From positions 2,750 through 66,749 of the forward strand of contig JANNKR010000059.1 of assembly GCA_031396395.1 (NCBI GenBank): a stretch of DNA of 64,000 nucleotides, written 5' to 3'. The position numbers and the translations under genes were made by a program. The notes beneath the pieces were generated by a model that ran no database searches, was not told where the DNA came from, and saw only the letters and a list, made by a program, of their open reading frames with translations. The stretch's first letter is position 1; each line of letters opens with the position of its first letter. Origin of the DNA: Betaproteobacteria bacterium. GTDB taxonomy: Bacteria; Pseudomonadota; Gammaproteobacteria; Burkholderiales; Casimicrobiaceae. This document shows positions 1 through 11,194 of the stretch, piece after piece.

Positions 1-1
1 C

Positions 2-97
2 GTCAGCGACGACCTGCGGGGGCGTGTCCAGGGCGTGGAGGTGGACATCGAGACCCAGGTATCGGATCACCAGCCGGTGACGCTCACGCTGGGCTGA
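2..97 (+). CDS. 3' end of a probable endonuclease/exonuclease/phosphatase (EEP) family protein (partial)
   Basis: Frame from base 2 reads VSDDLRGRVQGVEVDIETQVSDHQPVTLTLG*; SDHxPV is the C-terminal EEP motif. Confidence 0.6.
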   Translation, partial: VSDDLRGRVQGVEVDIETQVSDHQPVTLTLG

Positions 98-224
98 GGC
101 TCTCCGTGGGGGTTGGCACGGAGGGGAGTAAGTGCGGCATCGGCACCCGAGCCGGATACAATATCGGGTTGGCTGACGCGGGTGGATTTCCACCGTCCGT
201 GCCGGTACGCACATCGACTCGATC

Positions 225-1352
225 TTGACCGCCACTTCCACCGTCACCACCCCCCTCACCTTCACGGGTGAGCGATTCCTGCCGGAAGTGCGGGGCGCCA
301 TCTGGTACGAGCACTGGCATCGCTACGCGGTGGTGGCTCCGCTCGCGGCCGGCAAGCGCGTGCTCGATGCGGCGTCGGGCGAAGGCTATGGCAGCTTTCT
401 GCTGGCGCGCGCAGCCGCAAGTGTCGTCGGCATGGACGTGTCCGCCACCGCGATCGCCCACGCCCAGCAGCGGTATGTGCAATCCAATCTGACCTTTGTC
501 GCTGCATCGGTGACGGCATTGCCACTGCCTGACGCCAGCATCGATCTCGTGGTGTCCTTCGAAACGATCGAACACCTGACCGAGCAGGCGTCGATGCTGG
601 CCGAATTCCGCCGGGTGCTTTCGGCCGATGGCGTGCTGGTGATCTCCTCGCCCAACCGCCCCGTGTACAACGAGGGTGGCGGGATCGACAATCACTTCCA
701 CGTGCGCGAACTCGACCGGGACGAACTCGCTGCGCTGCTGACGCAGCACTTCCCGGCGCAAGCCTGGTACGCGCAACGCGTAATCGCGCAATCCGCGTTG
801 TGGGCCGAAGGACCGGCGGCCGCGCCCAACGCTTTCCTGGGGCTTGCCGCAGACGCGGCACATGCCGTCAAGGCGCCTGCGCCGCCCATGTATTTCATCG
901 TGGTCGCCGCCGCCGCGGGTGCAGGACTGCCGGCATTGCCCGCCCTTTCGCTCTTCGACGACGGCGAGCTGGCGCTGTGGCATGACTATGCGCGCACGTT
1001 GGTGCGTGAAAAGCATCTGTACTGGGAAGAGCTCGATGCCCGGAAGATTGCGCAGCACAGACTCGAGCAGCTGATCGACGTGACCAATGCGCTGGCCAGC
1101 GAACAACAAGCCGATGCCGCCCGAGTGGAGCGTATTGCGATGCTGGAGAAGGCGCTGGCCGACACGCAGGATCGCGCGCAGCGCGCGCTGGACGAGGCCT
1201 ACGCGGCCATGGCGCGCGAAACCCAGGCGCGGGCGCAGAGCACGGAGGCGCTTGCCGCCACGCAGGCGCGGCTCCGCTATCGGGAATCGCTGCAGGGCTG
1301 GCTGCGCTATCCACTGGCGGCCGTGCGGCGCCGCATCGGGGGGGCGCGTTGA
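225..1352 (+). CDS. Class I SAM-dependent methyltransferase with C-terminal coiled coil (glycan-biosynthesis associated)
   Basis: TTG start; FTGERF, VLDAASGEGYG (motif I), DLVVSFETIEH; Ala/Glu/Gln-rich helical C-terminus; 4-bp overlap with the next gene. Confidence 0.85.
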   Translation: MTATSTVTTPLTFTGERFLPEVRGAIWYEHWHRYAVVAPLAAGKRVLDAASGEGYGSFLLARAAASVVGMDVSATAIAHAQQRYVQSNLTFVAASVTALPLPDASIDLVVSFETIEHLTEQASMLAEFRRVLSADGVLVISSPNRPVYNEGGGIDNHFHVRELDRDELAALLTQHFPAQAWYAQRVIAQSALWAEGPAAAPNAFLGLAADAAHAVKAPAPPMYFIVVAAAAGAGLPALPALSLFDDGELALWHDYARTLVREKHLYWEELDARKIAQHRLEQLIDVTNALASEQQADAARVERIAMLEKALADTQDRAQRALDEAYAAMARETQARAQSTEALAATQARLRYRESLQGWLRYPLAAVRRRIGGAR

Positions 1353-3256
1353 TGCAGGTCATCGATGTCGTGATCCCGATCCATGGGGGACTTGCAGCGC
1401 TGCGCCGCTGCGTCGACAGCGTGCATGCCGCGCGCAGCCGTACCGCGCATGAACTGGTGCTGATCAATGACGGTCCGGCGGACCCGGAGGTCGATGCCTA
1501 TCTGCGCGACATCGAGAGCACGGGTCGCGCCACGGTCATCCGCCAATCCGCGCGGCAAGGCGTGGCGGCGGCGATCAATCGCGGCTTCGGCCTGCACCGC
1601 GAGCGTGATGTCGTCGTTCTGCAGTCCGACGCCGAGGTCGCCAACGACTGGCTGGATCGCCTCGCCCAGCATGCTGCAGCGCGTGGCGTTGGCGTGATCG
1701 GTACGTTTACCAACAAAGCGGGCGTCGCGACCTATCCACTGCCACGCAGCGCCAATCCGTTGCCGCCCGGACAATCGGTGGTCACGCTCGACGCACTCTT
1801 TGCGCGCGCCAATGCCGGCCTTTCCACGCCGTTGCCTGCAGTCGATGGACCATGCCTGCTGTTTCGCCGCGACTGCCTCAATGCCGTCGGGTCGCTGGAC
1901 GGCACGCCGCTCGGGAGTGATTACGGTATCGAAATAGACTTCTGCCTGCGGGCCGGCAGCGCCGGATTCCGCCATCTGCTTGCCGGAGACATATTCGTCG
2001 GCCATGCCGGCCATGGGTCGTTTGGCAGCCGCGACGCCGGAGGCCTGCGAGATCGCACCGAGCAGGCGCTGGCCAATCTCTATCCGATGTATGTCGCGCA
2101 AAAAAAGGAAACACTCGAGCGCGAGCCCGCGCGGCCCTTCGCCCGTCGCGTCGACCTGCTGCGCCTCGCGCAGTCGGGCAAGCGCATGCTGGTCTTTGTA
2201 TCTCATCCGTGGGGTGGCGGTATCCGACGTTACATGCACGACGTGGCCGCGTTGGCCGCGGCACGGTGCGAAGTGCTGTACCTCGAGCCAGCAGTCGGCA
2301 ACACCGTCAAGCTTTCATGGCCGCAGGCCGAAGAAAGCTTCGCGTTGTACTTCACGCTGCCGGGCGAACTGCCGCTTCTCGCCGAGACGCTGCGCACGAT
2401 CGGTGTCGATCGCCTGCACTTTCATCATGTGCACCTGCAGCCGCGAGCCATCCTCGAATTGCCGGCGGTTGCGGGGATCCCCTACGATTGCACGCTCCAC
2501 GATTACTATGCGATCTGCCCGCAATACCACCTGGTGACCGAGGATGGCCGCTATTGCGGTGAGCCCGGCCCCGCCGGGTGTGCCGCATGTCTCGCGAAGC
2601 GCCCCGGACAGTGGGGGCTCGACATTGCCGACTGGCGCGCCGCGTTTGGCCGTTTGCTGCGCGATGCGGATCGCGTGATCGCTCCGTCCGAGGATGTGAG
2701 CGTGCGCATCCGCGGCTACTTCCCTGATGTCGACATCGACGTCTGGTCGCATCCGGAAGAGTCGCCGCCGTTGGTGCCGCGCATGGTCCGCGTGGCCATC
2801 CTTGGCAACCTGTCACCGGAGAAGGGCCTGCATGTCGTTGCCGAGTGCGCGCGCGAGGCCCAGGTCCGCAGCCTGCCGTTGACGTTTCGCGTGCTCGGTT
2901 CGACGACCGAGCCGGTGCCGCAGGCGCCGGAAGTACCGCTGACCATCTACGGGCAATATGTGGACAGCGATCTTGCCCGCCTCATTGCGGCGGAAAAGCC
3001 GGACGTGCTGTTGTTTGCAGCGCAGGTGCCCGAAACCTATGCCTATACGATGTCGGTGGCCTTGCAGTCGGGGCTGCCCATCGTGGCATCTGCGCTGGGT
3101 GCCTTTCCCGAACGCCTGCAGGGCGTGTCACGGTCGACGATCATCCCGTGGGATGCGCAGCCCTCGGCATGGAACGATGCGTTGCTCAAGGCGGCGGACT
3201 TGCCGGATCCGGCACGTCGTCGGGGCGCCGATCACGTGCTCCGGCGTTCGCCATGA
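1349..3256 (+). CDS. Glycosyltransferase, GT2 domain fused to a GT4-like domain
   Basis: [27 protein letters not shown] (GT2); [23 protein letters not shown] (GT4-like). Confidence 0.85.
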   Translation: MMQVIDVVIPIHGGLAALRRCVDSVHAARSRTAHELVLINDGPADPEVDAYLRDIESTGRATVIRQSARQGVAAAINRGFGLHRERDVVVLQSDAEVANDWLDRLAQHAAARGVGVIGTFTNKAGVATYPLPRSANPLPPGQSVVTLDALFARANAGLSTPLPAVDGPCLLFRRDCLNAVGSLDGTPLGSDYGIEIDFCLRAGSAGFRHLLAGDIFVGHAGHGSFGSRDAGGLRDRTEQALANLYPMYVAQKKETLEREPARPFARRVDLLRLAQSGKRMLVFVSHPWGGGIRRYMHDVAALAAARCEVLYLEPAVGNTVKLSWPQAEESFALYFTLPGELPLLAETLRTIGVDRLHFHHVHLQPRAILELPAVAGIPYDCTLHDYYAICPQYHLVTEDGRYCGEPGPAGCAACLAKRPGQWGLDIADWRAAFGRLLRDADRVIAPSEDVSVRIRGYFPDVDIDVWSHPEESPPLVPRMVRVAILGNLSPEKGLHVVAECAREAQVRSLPLTFRVLGSTTEPVPQAPEVPLTIYGQYVDSDLARLIAAEKPDVLLFAAQVPETYAYTMSVALQSGLPIVASALGAFPERLQGVSRSTIIPWDAQPSAWNDALLKAADLPDPARRRGADHVLRRSP

Positions 3257-5880
3257 TGACGCCGGATCGCTATCGCGCGCTGTATCTTGCGCCGTTGCCT
3301 GCGGTGGAGCGGGCAAGGCCACCGCCGGAAGCGTTGCCCACGTTGGCGAAGGAAAACTTCTATCTCGAGGAAGGCCAGGTCGAACTGCCTCCATTGTCGC
3401 TGCCGCAACTCTTCACGGCAGGCGTTGAGTGCGGGCATACGGCGGCGCGAGTCGAACTCAAGCATCGCATCGGGCTGGTGAACGCGCAGCTCGAGAATTT
3501 CCGTGCGGTCCGCGACCGTGCGCAGGGCGACCGCGAGCAGTTGGCAGCCGAGGCCGTCGCCACCCAGCGCAAGTTTCACTACGCGCAGATCCAGATGTCC
3601 GAGATGCAGGTCCAGGCCGGGCAGATGCAGCATCACGCCGACCATCTCGAATCGTCGCTCGAAGATGCACGCGATCGCATCGGCGAGCTCGAGTCTTCGA
3701 CGTCATGGCGCTTGACGAAGCCGCTGCGGGACGCCGGACACGGCGCCAAGGTGATGCTCGCGCGGTTTCGCGCGTGGCGCACCGGGGTCAAGCGGCTGCC
3801 CCAGCTGTCGGCATCCGCGTGGTCGTTGCTGCGCGCGGAAGGCCCGGGTGCCGTGGCGCGGCGTGGCTGGGCCAAGGTCAGTCGCGAAGAGGCCTTCAAG
3901 CCGACGGCGAAGGAACAGTTCAAGCTCGAGGAAACGACGTCGCCGCTTGCGTTTGTCGCCGCGGAGACGCCGCGCGTATCGATCGTGATCCCCGTCTACG
4001 GCAAGGCGCTGCTCACCTTCACGTGCCTGAAAAGCGTGCAAGCCAATTCCGCGTCCGGCACCTTCGAGGTGATCGTGATCGACGATGCGGGGCCGGAAGT
4101 GATTGCGGACGAGCTCGTCAATGTGACGGGAGTGCGGTTCGAGCGCAATGCCGCCAACCTGGGTTTCATCGGCACGTGCAATCGGGGTGCGGAACTTGCG
4201 CGCGGCGAAATCGTCGTGTTCCTCAACAACGACACGATCGTGATGCCGGGGTGGCTCGACGCGCTCCTGGCGGTGTTCCGGGACCATCCGGATGCCGGGC
4301 TGGTCGGCGCCAAGCTCCTCTATCCGGACGGCCGCCTGCAGGAAGCCGGCGGCATCGTCTGGCGCGACGGTTCGGCGTGGAACTGGGGCCGTGACGATGA
4401 TCCGGACAAGCCCGAGTACAACTACCTGCGCGAAGCTGACTATTGTTCGGGTGCGTGCCTTGCGATCCCCGCCGAATTGTTCCGCAAGCTCGGCGGCTTC
4501 GATGCCCGTTTCGCACCCGCCTACTATGAAGACGCGGATCTTGCCTTCGCCGTGCGCGCCGAGGGCCGCCGGGTCTACTACCAGCCCGCTGCCGTGGTCG
4601 TGCACTTCGAGGGCCAGACGTCGGGCACCGATGAAACCACGGGCGTGAAGCGCCACCAGGTCGTCAATCGCGGCACTTTCGCGACCAAATGGGCAACCAC
4701 GCTCGCTGCGCATCGCGGCAACGGTGTCCAGCCCGAACTCGAGCGCGACCGCTGGGCGCAGTTGCGAGTGCTGGTGATCGACGCCTGCATGCTCACGCCC
4801 GATCATGACGCCGGGTCGATGCGGATGCTCGCGATCCTCGAGATCCTGACTTCGCTCAACTGCAAGGTGACGTTCGTCGCGGACAACCTCGAGCATCGGC
4901 AACCCTACGTCGGCGACCTGCAGCAGCGCGGCATCGAGGTGCTGTTCCATCCGTTCGTCCGCTCGATCGCCGAGCTGCTGTCCAGGCGCGGCGAGGAATT
5001 CGACCTCGTGATCATGTCGCGGCATTACATCGCCGTGAAGCACATCGACGCGGTGCGCGCTTTCGCGCCGCGCGCGCTGGTGGTGTTCGATACCGTCGAC
5101 CTCCATTTTCTGCGCAACGAGCGCCAGGCCGAGCTCGAAGGCAGTGCCGTGGCGCGGGCCTCGGCCCGGTCGAAGCGTGACGAGGAGCTGACGCTGATCC
5201 GGCGCGCGGACGTCACGCTGGTGGTGTCTCCCTTCGAGAAAACACTGCTGGGCGAGCTGGTGCCCGAGGCGCGCGTGCTGGTGTTGGCCACGATCCAGGA
5301 GTTGCAGCCGGAGGGCCAGCCGTTTGCGCAGCGCAAGGGTCTCGTCTTCATCGGCGGGTTTCAGCACCCGCCTAACACCGATGCCGTGCTCTGGTATGCG
5401 CGTGAAGTGCTGCCGTACGTGCGGTCGAAGCTGCCGGGCGTCATCACGTACATCATCGGCAGCAAGGTGCCGTCCAGCGTTCGTGATCTGGCCGCCGAAG
5501 ACCTGCTAATCACGGGTTACGTCCCCGATGTGGCCCCTTACTTCACCGGGTGCCGCGTCTCGATCGCGCCGTTGCGCTATGGCGCCGGCGTCAAGGGCAA
5601 GATCAACCTGGCGATGAGCTATGGTCTGCCGGTAGTGGCGACCACGCCCTCCATCGAGGGCATGTTCCTGAAGCCGGAGGACGACGTGCTCGTGGCGGAC
5701 GACGCTGCGGCTTTCGCCGCAGCCATCGTGCGCGTGTACCACGACGAGGCGTTGTGGCAGCGTTTGGCCGGCGGTGGCCGCGACAACATCCGCAATCATT
5801 TTTCCCGCGACGTCGCGCGCAGCACGATCACCCGACTGATTGCGCTGGCGCGCGGCAGCGGCAAGTCCAGGGCCGCGTAA
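3253..5880 (+). CDS. Multidomain glycosyltransferase: N-terminal coiled coil + GT2 + GT4
   Basis: Start placed at ATG 3253 (ATGA overlap with the upstream stop); [11 protein letters not shown] after the coiled coil; [22 protein letters not shown] (GT2); [19 protein letters not shown] (GT4). Confidence 0.9.
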   Translation: MMTPDRYRALYLAPLPAVERARPPPEALPTLAKENFYLEEGQVELPPLSLPQLFTAGVECGHTAARVELKHRIGLVNAQLENFRAVRDRAQGDREQLAAEAVATQRKFHYAQIQMSEMQVQAGQMQHHADHLESSLEDARDRIGELESSTSWRLTKPLRDAGHGAKVMLARFRAWRTGVKRLPQLSASAWSLLRAEGPGAVARRGWAKVSREEAFKPTAKEQFKLEETTSPLAFVAAETPRVSIVIPVYGKALLTFTCLKSVQANSASGTFEVIVIDDAGPEVIADELVNVTGVRFERNAANLGFIGTCNRGAELARGEIVVFLNNDTIVMPGWLDALLAVFRDHPDAGLVGAKLLYPDGRLQEAGGIVWRDGSAWNWGRDDDPDKPEYNYLREADYCSGACLAIPAELFRKLGGFDARFAPAYYEDADLAFAVRAEGRRVYYQPAAVVVHFEGQTSGTDETTGVKRHQVVNRGTFATKWATTLAAHRGNGVQPELERDRWAQLRVLVIDACMLTPDHDAGSMRMLAILEILTSLNCKVTFVADNLEHRQPYVGDLQQRGIEVLFHPFVRSIAELLSRRGEEFDLVIMSRHYIAVKHIDAVRAFAPRALVVFDTVDLHFLRNERQAELEGSAVARASARSKRDEELTLIRRADVTLVVSPFEKTLLGELVPEARVLVLATIQELQPEGQPFAQRKGLVFIGGFQHPPNTDAVLWYAREVLPYVRSKLPGVITYIIGSKVPSSVRDLAAEDLLITGYVPDVAPYFTGCRVSIAPLRYGAGVKGKINLAMSYGLPVVATTPSIEGMFLKPEDDVLVADDAAAFAAAIVRVYHDEALWQRLAGGGRDNIRNHFSRDVARSTITRLIALARGSGKSRAA

Positions 5881-5906
5881 GGCGTCCGGGCGAAGCGAGG
5901 CGAGGT

Positions 5907-5974
5907 GTAGGCGAGGCTTCAGCCTCGCGGGCACCAGGCGTGGATCGTTCGCGCGAGGCTGAAGCCTCGCCTAC
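5907..5974. repeat. GTAG-type REP doublet (REPIN-like), copy 1
   Basis: GTAG+GCGAGGCT-TC-AGCCTCGC at 5907-5928 and its reverse complement at 5953-5974, between convergent genes. Confidence 0.85.
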
Positions 5975-5981
5975 GGACGGC

Positions 5982-6683
5982 TCATTGCGCCCGCCGGAAC
6001 ACGATGTCCCACACGCCGTGACCGAGTTTCATCCCGCGCGTCTCGAACTTGGTTTGCGGACGCCAGGCCGGGCGCGGCGCAAACGATTCGGCGGTGTTGG
6101 CAAGCAGCGGCTCTGCCGCCAGCGTGGCCAGGATCTCGTGGGCGTATTCCTCCCAGTCCGTCGCCGCGTGCAGGTAGCCTCCCGGCGCGAGCCGCTGCGC
6201 CAGCGCGGTCACGAACGAGGCCTGCAGCAATCGCCGCTTGTGGTGCCGCTTCTTCGGCCATGGGTCGGGAAAATACACATGAACCCCCGCAAGCGAGCCC
6301 GGCGGGATCATCTGCGCGACGACCTCGACGGCATCATGGCGGATCACGCGCACGTTGCGCAGCCCGGCTTCGTCGATGCGCTTCAGCAGTGCGCCAACCC
6401 CCGGCGCATGCACTTCGATGCCGAGAAAATCGTGCTGCGGATGCGCCTTCGCAATGGCCGCCGTGGTCTCGCCCATGCCAAAGCCGATCTCCAGGATCGC
6501 GGGCGCGACGCGTCCGAAGACCCCGGAAAAATCGAGCCGCAGCGGCTGGAACGGCACCCCGTAACGCGGCAGCAATTGCTCGAATGCACGCGTCTGTGCC
6601 GGCGACATCCTGCCCTGGCGCAGCACGAAGCTGCGCACTGGGCGCGATTGGAGCGGCTGCGGCATGTTGAGTTCGTTGGCCAT
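5982..6683 (-). CDS. trmB: tRNA (guanine-N7)-methyltransferase
   Basis: [57 protein letters not shown]; start at ATG 6683 overlapping the upstream stop. Confidence 0.95.
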   Translation of the reverse strand: MANELNMPQPLQSRPVRSFVLRQGRMSPAQTRAFEQLLPRYGVPFQPLRLDFSGVFGRVAPAILEIGFGMGETTAAIAKAHPQHDFLGIEVHAPGVGALLKRIDEAGLRNVRVIRHDAVEVVAQMIPPGSLAGVHVYFPDPWPKKRHHKRRLLQASFVTALAQRLAPGGYLHAATDWEEYAHEILATLAAEPLLANTAESFAPRPAWRPQTKFETRGMKLGHGVWDIVFRRAQ

Positions 6684-7348
6684 CAGCGGGACGTCCCGGA
6701 GCGCTTCCAGTCCGGTGCCGCAAGCGGCCGGTTGACCGTGCGCGGCTTGTCCTCGCCGGCCACCGTGTATTGCAGGACCAGCATGTCGCCGTCGGTCCAG
6801 CTGACGGTCACGTCCGACCACGGCGTTGCGGGCGTGAAGCTCAATTCCTTGCGGATGCCGTCGCGCGCAACCCGCCACACCGTGAGTTCGTTGGTGCAAT
6901 CGTTCGCGCAGAAATCCGCGACCGCGATGCGTTGCCGGTCCGGTGCCAGCACCGGCTCACCGGGCATCGTGGTCAGTTGCCCATTCGTCCGCTGCAGCAC
7001 GCCGTAGGACAGGCGATCGCCGTTGCTGATGAACAGCACGACGGCATTGGCCGAGCTCCAGTAGTCCCAGATCGCATACGCGCGCTCGTCAGTGCCGACA
7101 ATGGTGTCGACGAATTCCCGTGTTCCCGTCGGAAACAGCGTGATCCGCAGCGTGTCGCCTTCGCGTACCGCGAGGTTGGGCAGCGTCTTCAACTGCTCGG
7201 TCTCGATGCGGCGTCCGCAGTGTCCGGGGCCCTCGGCCTGCGTGCAGAGCTCGATCACGCGCTGCTGCGACAACGGCGCGGCCGGGGACACCAACGGCAG
7301 CCCGCTCAGCAACACCGCAAGCAACGGCGTCCACCACCGCAAGCCCAT
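6683..7348 (-). CDS. Hypothetical secreted protein
   Basis: [24 protein letters not shown] signal-like N-terminus; two Cys pairs; packed between thiG and trmB with tight spacing. Confidence 0.7.
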   Translation of the reverse strand: MGLRWWTPLLAVLLSGLPLVSPAAPLSQQRVIELCTQAEGPGHCGRRIETEQLKTLPNLAVREGDTLRITLFPTGTREFVDTIVGTDERAYAIWDYWSSANAVVLFISNGDRLSYGVLQRTNGQLTTMPGEPVLAPDRQRIAVADFCANDCTNELTVWRVARDGIRKELSFTPATPWSDVTVSWTDGDMLVLQYTVAGEDKPRTVNRPLAAPDWKRSGTSR

Positions 7349-7353
7349 GGCGA

Positions 7354-8163
7354 TCAGCCGATCAGGCCGGTGGTCGGGGAACTGGGGCTGGCCGCGTAGA
7401 GTTTGCGCGGCATCCGTCCCGCCAGAAACGCCTCGCGTCCGGCCTGCACGGCGAGTTTCATCGCCGTGGCCATCCGCACCGGATCCTGTGCCAGGGCGAT
7501 CGCCGTGTTCATCAGCACGCCGGCGCAGCCCAGTTCCATCGCGATCGCCGCATCCGAGGCGGTGCCCACACCGGCATCCACCAGCACCGGCACCTTTGCC
7601 TGCTCCTGGATCAGCTTCAGGTTCCATGGATTGAGGATGCCCATGCCCGACCCGATCAACGACGCGAGCGGCATCACCGCGACGCAGCCGATGGCCTCGA
7701 GCTCGCGCGCGATGATGGGATCATCCGACGTGTAGACCATCACCTGGAAGCCGTCGGCGACGAGAATTTCGGCCGCACGCAAGGTTTCGCGGACATTGGG
7801 ATAGAGCGTATGCGGATCGCCCAGCACTTCGAGCTTGGTCAGCGCGTGGCCATCGAGCAGCTCGCGCGCAAGCTTCAGCGTGCGTACCGCATCGTCGGCC
7901 GTGTAGCACCCCGCGCTGTTGGGCAGATAGGTGAATTCGGACGGTGGCAGCGCATCCAGCAGCGACGGCGCATTGGCGTCCTGGCCGAGGTTGGTGCGGC
8001 GGATGGCCACCGTGACGATCTGCGCGCCGGAGGCCACGACCGCATCGCGTGTCTGCGCGAAGTCGCGGTATTTGCCCGTGCCCACGAGCAGGCGCGACGA
8101 ATACGATTTGCCGGCAATGACCAGCGGATCGGCCAGCGCAGTGGAGGGGGCGGGAGCGTTCAT
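7354..8163 (-). CDS. thiG: Thiazole synthase
   Basis: [47 protein letters not shown]. Confidence 0.97.
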   Translation of the reverse strand: MNAPAPSTALADPLVIAGKSYSSRLLVGTGKYRDFAQTRDAVVASGAQIVTVAIRRTNLGQDANAPSLLDALPPSEFTYLPNSAGCYTADDAVRTLKLARELLDGHALTKLEVLGDPHTLYPNVRETLRAAEILVADGFQVMVYTSDDPIIARELEAIGCVAVMPLASLIGSGMGILNPWNLKLIQEQAKVPVLVDAGVGTASDAAIAMELGCAGVLMNTAIALAQDPVRMATAMKLAVQAGREAFLAGRMPRKLYAASPSSPTTGLIG

Positions 8164-8212
8164 CCCACCATTTTACGCCCGACGCGTCATGCCGCGGCCT
8201 GCGGGGAAGGGG

Positions 8213-8416
8213 TCAGCCGCCCCCGACGGCAGCCACCACTTCCAGCCGGTCGCCTGCGCGCACCGGCGTCTGCGCGTAGCGGCTTTTGGGCACGATCTCG
8301 CCATTGCATTCGACCGCGATCCGCTTGCCCTCGAGGTTGAGGGCGCGGACCAGGTCCGCAAGCGTGGCGGGAGGCGGGTCGAGCCGCGTCGGATTGCCGT
8401 TGACGACGATTTCCAT
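8213..8416 (-). CDS. thiS: Sulfur carrier protein
   Basis: 67 aa, IAVECNGEIVPKS...GDRLEVVAAVGGG with C-terminal GG. Confidence 0.95.
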   Translation of the reverse strand: MEIVVNGNPTRLDPPPATLADLVRALNLEGKRIAVECNGEIVPKSRYAQTPVRAGDRLEVVAAVGGG

Positions 8417-8532
8417 GGCACGATCTTACCGCGCGCTCCGGAGGTTGCATTTGGTTTCGCGCACTAAGGCCCGGGCCCTGCCCGGATGCAGGCTTCGTTG
8501 CCGCCACCCCACACCCACCGGAGATCCCTCGG

Positions 8533-9306
8533 ATGAGCAATCCCTTTCACCTGCAAGGCCAGGTGGCCATCGTCACCGGTGGTAATGGCGGCATCGGGCT
8601 CGGCATGGCCCTGGGCCTCGCGCGCAGTGGCGCCAGCGTGGTGGTGGCCGGACGCAATGCGCAGAAGAACGATCGCGCCATGGCCGCGCTGCGTGCCGCC
8701 AACGCCGACGTTGCGCCGTCGTCGATCATTGCGGACGTGACCCAGGAGCGCGATTGCGCCGCCATCGTCGCGCACGCGCTCGACCGCCATGGCCGCATCG
8801 ACGTGCTGGTCAACAACGCCGGCACCAATGTGCGCAAGGCGCCCCAGGACTATTCGCTCGACGAGTGGCAGATGTTGATCGACGCCAACCTGACCAGCGC
8901 GTTCCTGTGCTCGAAGGCGGTCTATCCGGCGATGGCCAAGGCGCGGCGCGGCAAGATCATCAACATCGGTTCGATGACCTCGATCTTCGGCGCATCCTTT
9001 GCGGCACCTTACGGTGCCAGCAAGGGCGGAGTCGTCCAGTTTACGATGGCCACCGCCGTGGCCTGGGCCCGCGACAACATCCAGGTCAACGCCGTGCTGC
9101 CGGGTTGGGTCGATACCGATCTCACCGTCCAGGCACGCAAGGACGTCGAGGGTCTGCACGAGCGCGTGGTGGCGCGCACGCCGGCCGGGCGCTGGGGCTT
9201 GCCGCAGGATTTTGCCGGTATCGCCGTGTTTCTGGCCAGCGCCGCGTCGGACTTCATCACCGGTGTTGCGATTCCGGTCGACGGTGGGTATTCGGCACAG
9301 GGGTGA
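8533..9306 (+). CDS. Short-chain dehydrogenase/reductase (KduD/gluconate 5-dehydrogenase-like)
   Basis: TGGNGGIG, LVNNAG, YGASK, NAVLPGW. Confidence 0.9.
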   Translation: MSNPFHLQGQVAIVTGGNGGIGLGMALGLARSGASVVVAGRNAQKNDRAMAALRAANADVAPSSIIADVTQERDCAAIVAHALDRHGRIDVLVNNAGTNVRKAPQDYSLDEWQMLIDANLTSAFLCSKAVYPAMAKARRGKIINIGSMTSIFGASFAAPYGASKGGVVQFTMATAVAWARDNIQVNAVLPGWVDTDLTVQARKDVEGLHERVVARTPAGRWGLPQDFAGIAVFLASAASDFITGVAIPVDGGYSAQG

Positions 9307-9472
9307 CGGCGCGACAGGAACGGCTTGGCCGTACGCGCAGGATCAGGGCGCTGCAGAGCCGCCAGGCGTGAAATCAATGGCGGCGAGACAGGCAGGCTCC
9401 GCTGCCGCCTTTCAAGACCGTCCGTCGTTCGACATTGCAGCCACCTTTCCAAACGCCACCGGAAGGAACAGG

Positions 9473-10339
9473 ATGGAGCCGAGCGTCATACCGGCGCGAA
9501 CGGGAGAATTCACCGTGTTCAGGACTGCGGCAAGACTGCTTGGTACGGGGGCTGTACTGGTGTGCCTTGGGTTGCCACTCGGGGCAGGCGCGGAAACGAC
9601 GTTTACGCTCAAAACCTCGGTTACCACGGACGTTTCCGACATCTGGTGGAATCCCAATGAATCCGGGTGGGGCATGCAACTTGTTCAATCGGACGACATC
9701 GTTTTCGCCACCGTGTTCATCTATGGCGCTGATGGCAAGCCAACCTGGGTAACGGCGCAACTCACCTACATCGGCAGCGGCGTTTTCACGGGAACACTGT
9801 ACGTGACGACAGGCCCCTACTTCCCCGGTCCATTCAATCCTGCGAGCGTTACGGTCCGCGCTGCGGGAACCATAACATTTACGAATTTGACGGTGCAGAC
9901 CGCGCAGCTGCAATACTCGATCGATGGTGTTTCAGTAAGCAAAGCACTGCAGCGCCAATCGCTGAAGACGGATAACTACAACGGTGGTTACCTGATCGCC
10001 GCCAACCTCACCCAATCCGGCTGTTTCAATCCGGCGAACAACTCCAGTGGTACGGGGGCGTTTGGCATCACCGTTTCACAGACTGCGACGGCGATGAGCA
10101 TGGTCTGGCAGTTCGCCACCACCGATATATGCACGTATAGCGGGGCGTTTTCCCAGTCGGGGAAGATGGGTCGATTCAGTGGGACGTACGCATGCACCAC
10201 GGGGGAAACGGGCAACATGGTGTTCTTCGAGATGACGAACCGCATCGGCATGCTGAGCGGGAGGATTCAAGGGACGTCGACAACTTTTGGTTGCGCGTAT
10301 TCCGGCAGATTCACCGGAATCAATCCGAACGTTCCTTGA
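9473..10339 (+). CDS. Hypothetical secreted beta-rich protein with WWNPNESGWG motif
   Basis: Signal-like LLGTGAVLVCLGLPLGAGA; DIWWNPNESGWGMQLVQ; Thr/Gly-rich; four Cys in the C-terminal half; lower GC; alternative GTG start at 9515. Confidence 0.7.
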   Translation: MEPSVIPARTGEFTVFRTAARLLGTGAVLVCLGLPLGAGAETTFTLKTSVTTDVSDIWWNPNESGWGMQLVQSDDIVFATVFIYGADGKPTWVTAQLTYIGSGVFTGTLYVTTGPYFPGPFNPASVTVRAAGTITFTNLTVQTAQLQYSIDGVSVSKALQRQSLKTDNYNGGYLIAANLTQSGCFNPANNSSGTGAFGITVSQTATAMSMVWQFATTDICTYSGAFSQSGKMGRFSGTYACTTGETGNMVFFEMTNRIGMLSGRIQGTSTTFGCAYSGRFTGINPNVP

Positions 10340-10379
10340 CTGGAGTCGCAGCGATCCGGCAGGCCCCAAGGAGGGCACC

Positions 10380-11081
10380 ATGCGCATAACTGCTTTGAGC
10401 CTTTCTATCCTTGTTCTCGTTCCGCTGACTGCGAGCGCCGATTGGAACAAACCCTACTTTGGCGCGACGCCTGTCGGAAGCTGGGCGACGTACGAGACCA
10501 AGGCTTCGGCCGGCGCGCCGTCGGTCACCACGTCTTCGCGGCTCGAGGATCGCAACGGCCGTATCCGGCTTGAGGATCGCACCGCATATCCGCGCAAGGA
10601 GTACCCGGCGTCGGCGCAACGTTATGAGCTGGCACCTGGCTTCAAGCTGGAAAGCGACCTGCTCGACTTTGCCAGGTCGCTGGTCGCCTCCAGCGGTTCC
10701 ACGGGCGGCGGCGCCTTCCAGCCCATGCCTGCCGCGTCCGTGCTCGTGATGAAAGACGCAGCCACCCCGTATCGCACCGTTGCCGTTTTCGCTCAGACCG
10801 AAACGGTCAACGGCAAAGAGTGCGACAAGTACACGTACTCCGTCCGCAACGAGGTCGCCAAACAAATCGAGGTCGGCGAACTTTGGTTGAGCGATGCCGT
10901 GCCGTTCGGGCTGGTGAAACGCACGATGACGAACAAGGACGAATCGGGCCGCGTCACCATGAGCATGGAGCAAAACCTCATCGATTTCGGAATGACGCCG
11001 AAACCGACGTCGGCGGCCAAGCCGGTCGCGTCGAAGCAGCCGGCGGCGGCAGCCCCACCGGCGGCCACGAAGAGACCGTGA
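10380..11081 (+). CDS. Hypothetical secreted protein
   Basis: AAGGAGG RBS before ATG 10380; MRITALSLSILVLVPLTASA signal peptide; WLSDAVPFGLVK; Ala/Pro/Lys tail. Confidence 0.75.
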   Translation: MRITALSLSILVLVPLTASADWNKPYFGATPVGSWATYETKASAGAPSVTTSSRLEDRNGRIRLEDRTAYPRKEYPASAQRYELAPGFKLESDLLDFARSLVASSGSTGGGAFQPMPAASVLVMKDAATPYRTVAVFAQTETVNGKECDKYTYSVRNEVAKQIEVGELWLSDAVPFGLVKRTMTNKDESGRVTMSMEQNLIDFGMTPKPTSAAKPVASKQPAAAAPPAATKRP

Positions 11082-11107
11082 CACCGGGCAGGCGCATGCG
11101 TGCGGCT

Positions 11108-11194
11108 GTAGTCAAGCTCGCTGGTGCAGCCGGTGTCCTTATGCTGGATGTCGTCGATGTTTTTGAAGGTTGATTCAAAAATTTGGTTGCTCAC
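11108..11194 (-). pseudogene. hsdM: N-terminal stub of a type I restriction-modification M subunit
   Basis: MSNQIFESTFKNIDDIQHKDTGCTSELDY resembles the FEQTFKNIDDILHKDAGCTSELDY start of type I MTases; similarity stops after 29 codons. Confidence 0.7.

Noticed and set aside
8417-8532. TPP riboswitch upstream of thiS-thiG
   Set aside because: No recognisable CTGAGA / GAACCTGA thi-box core in this short divergent spacer
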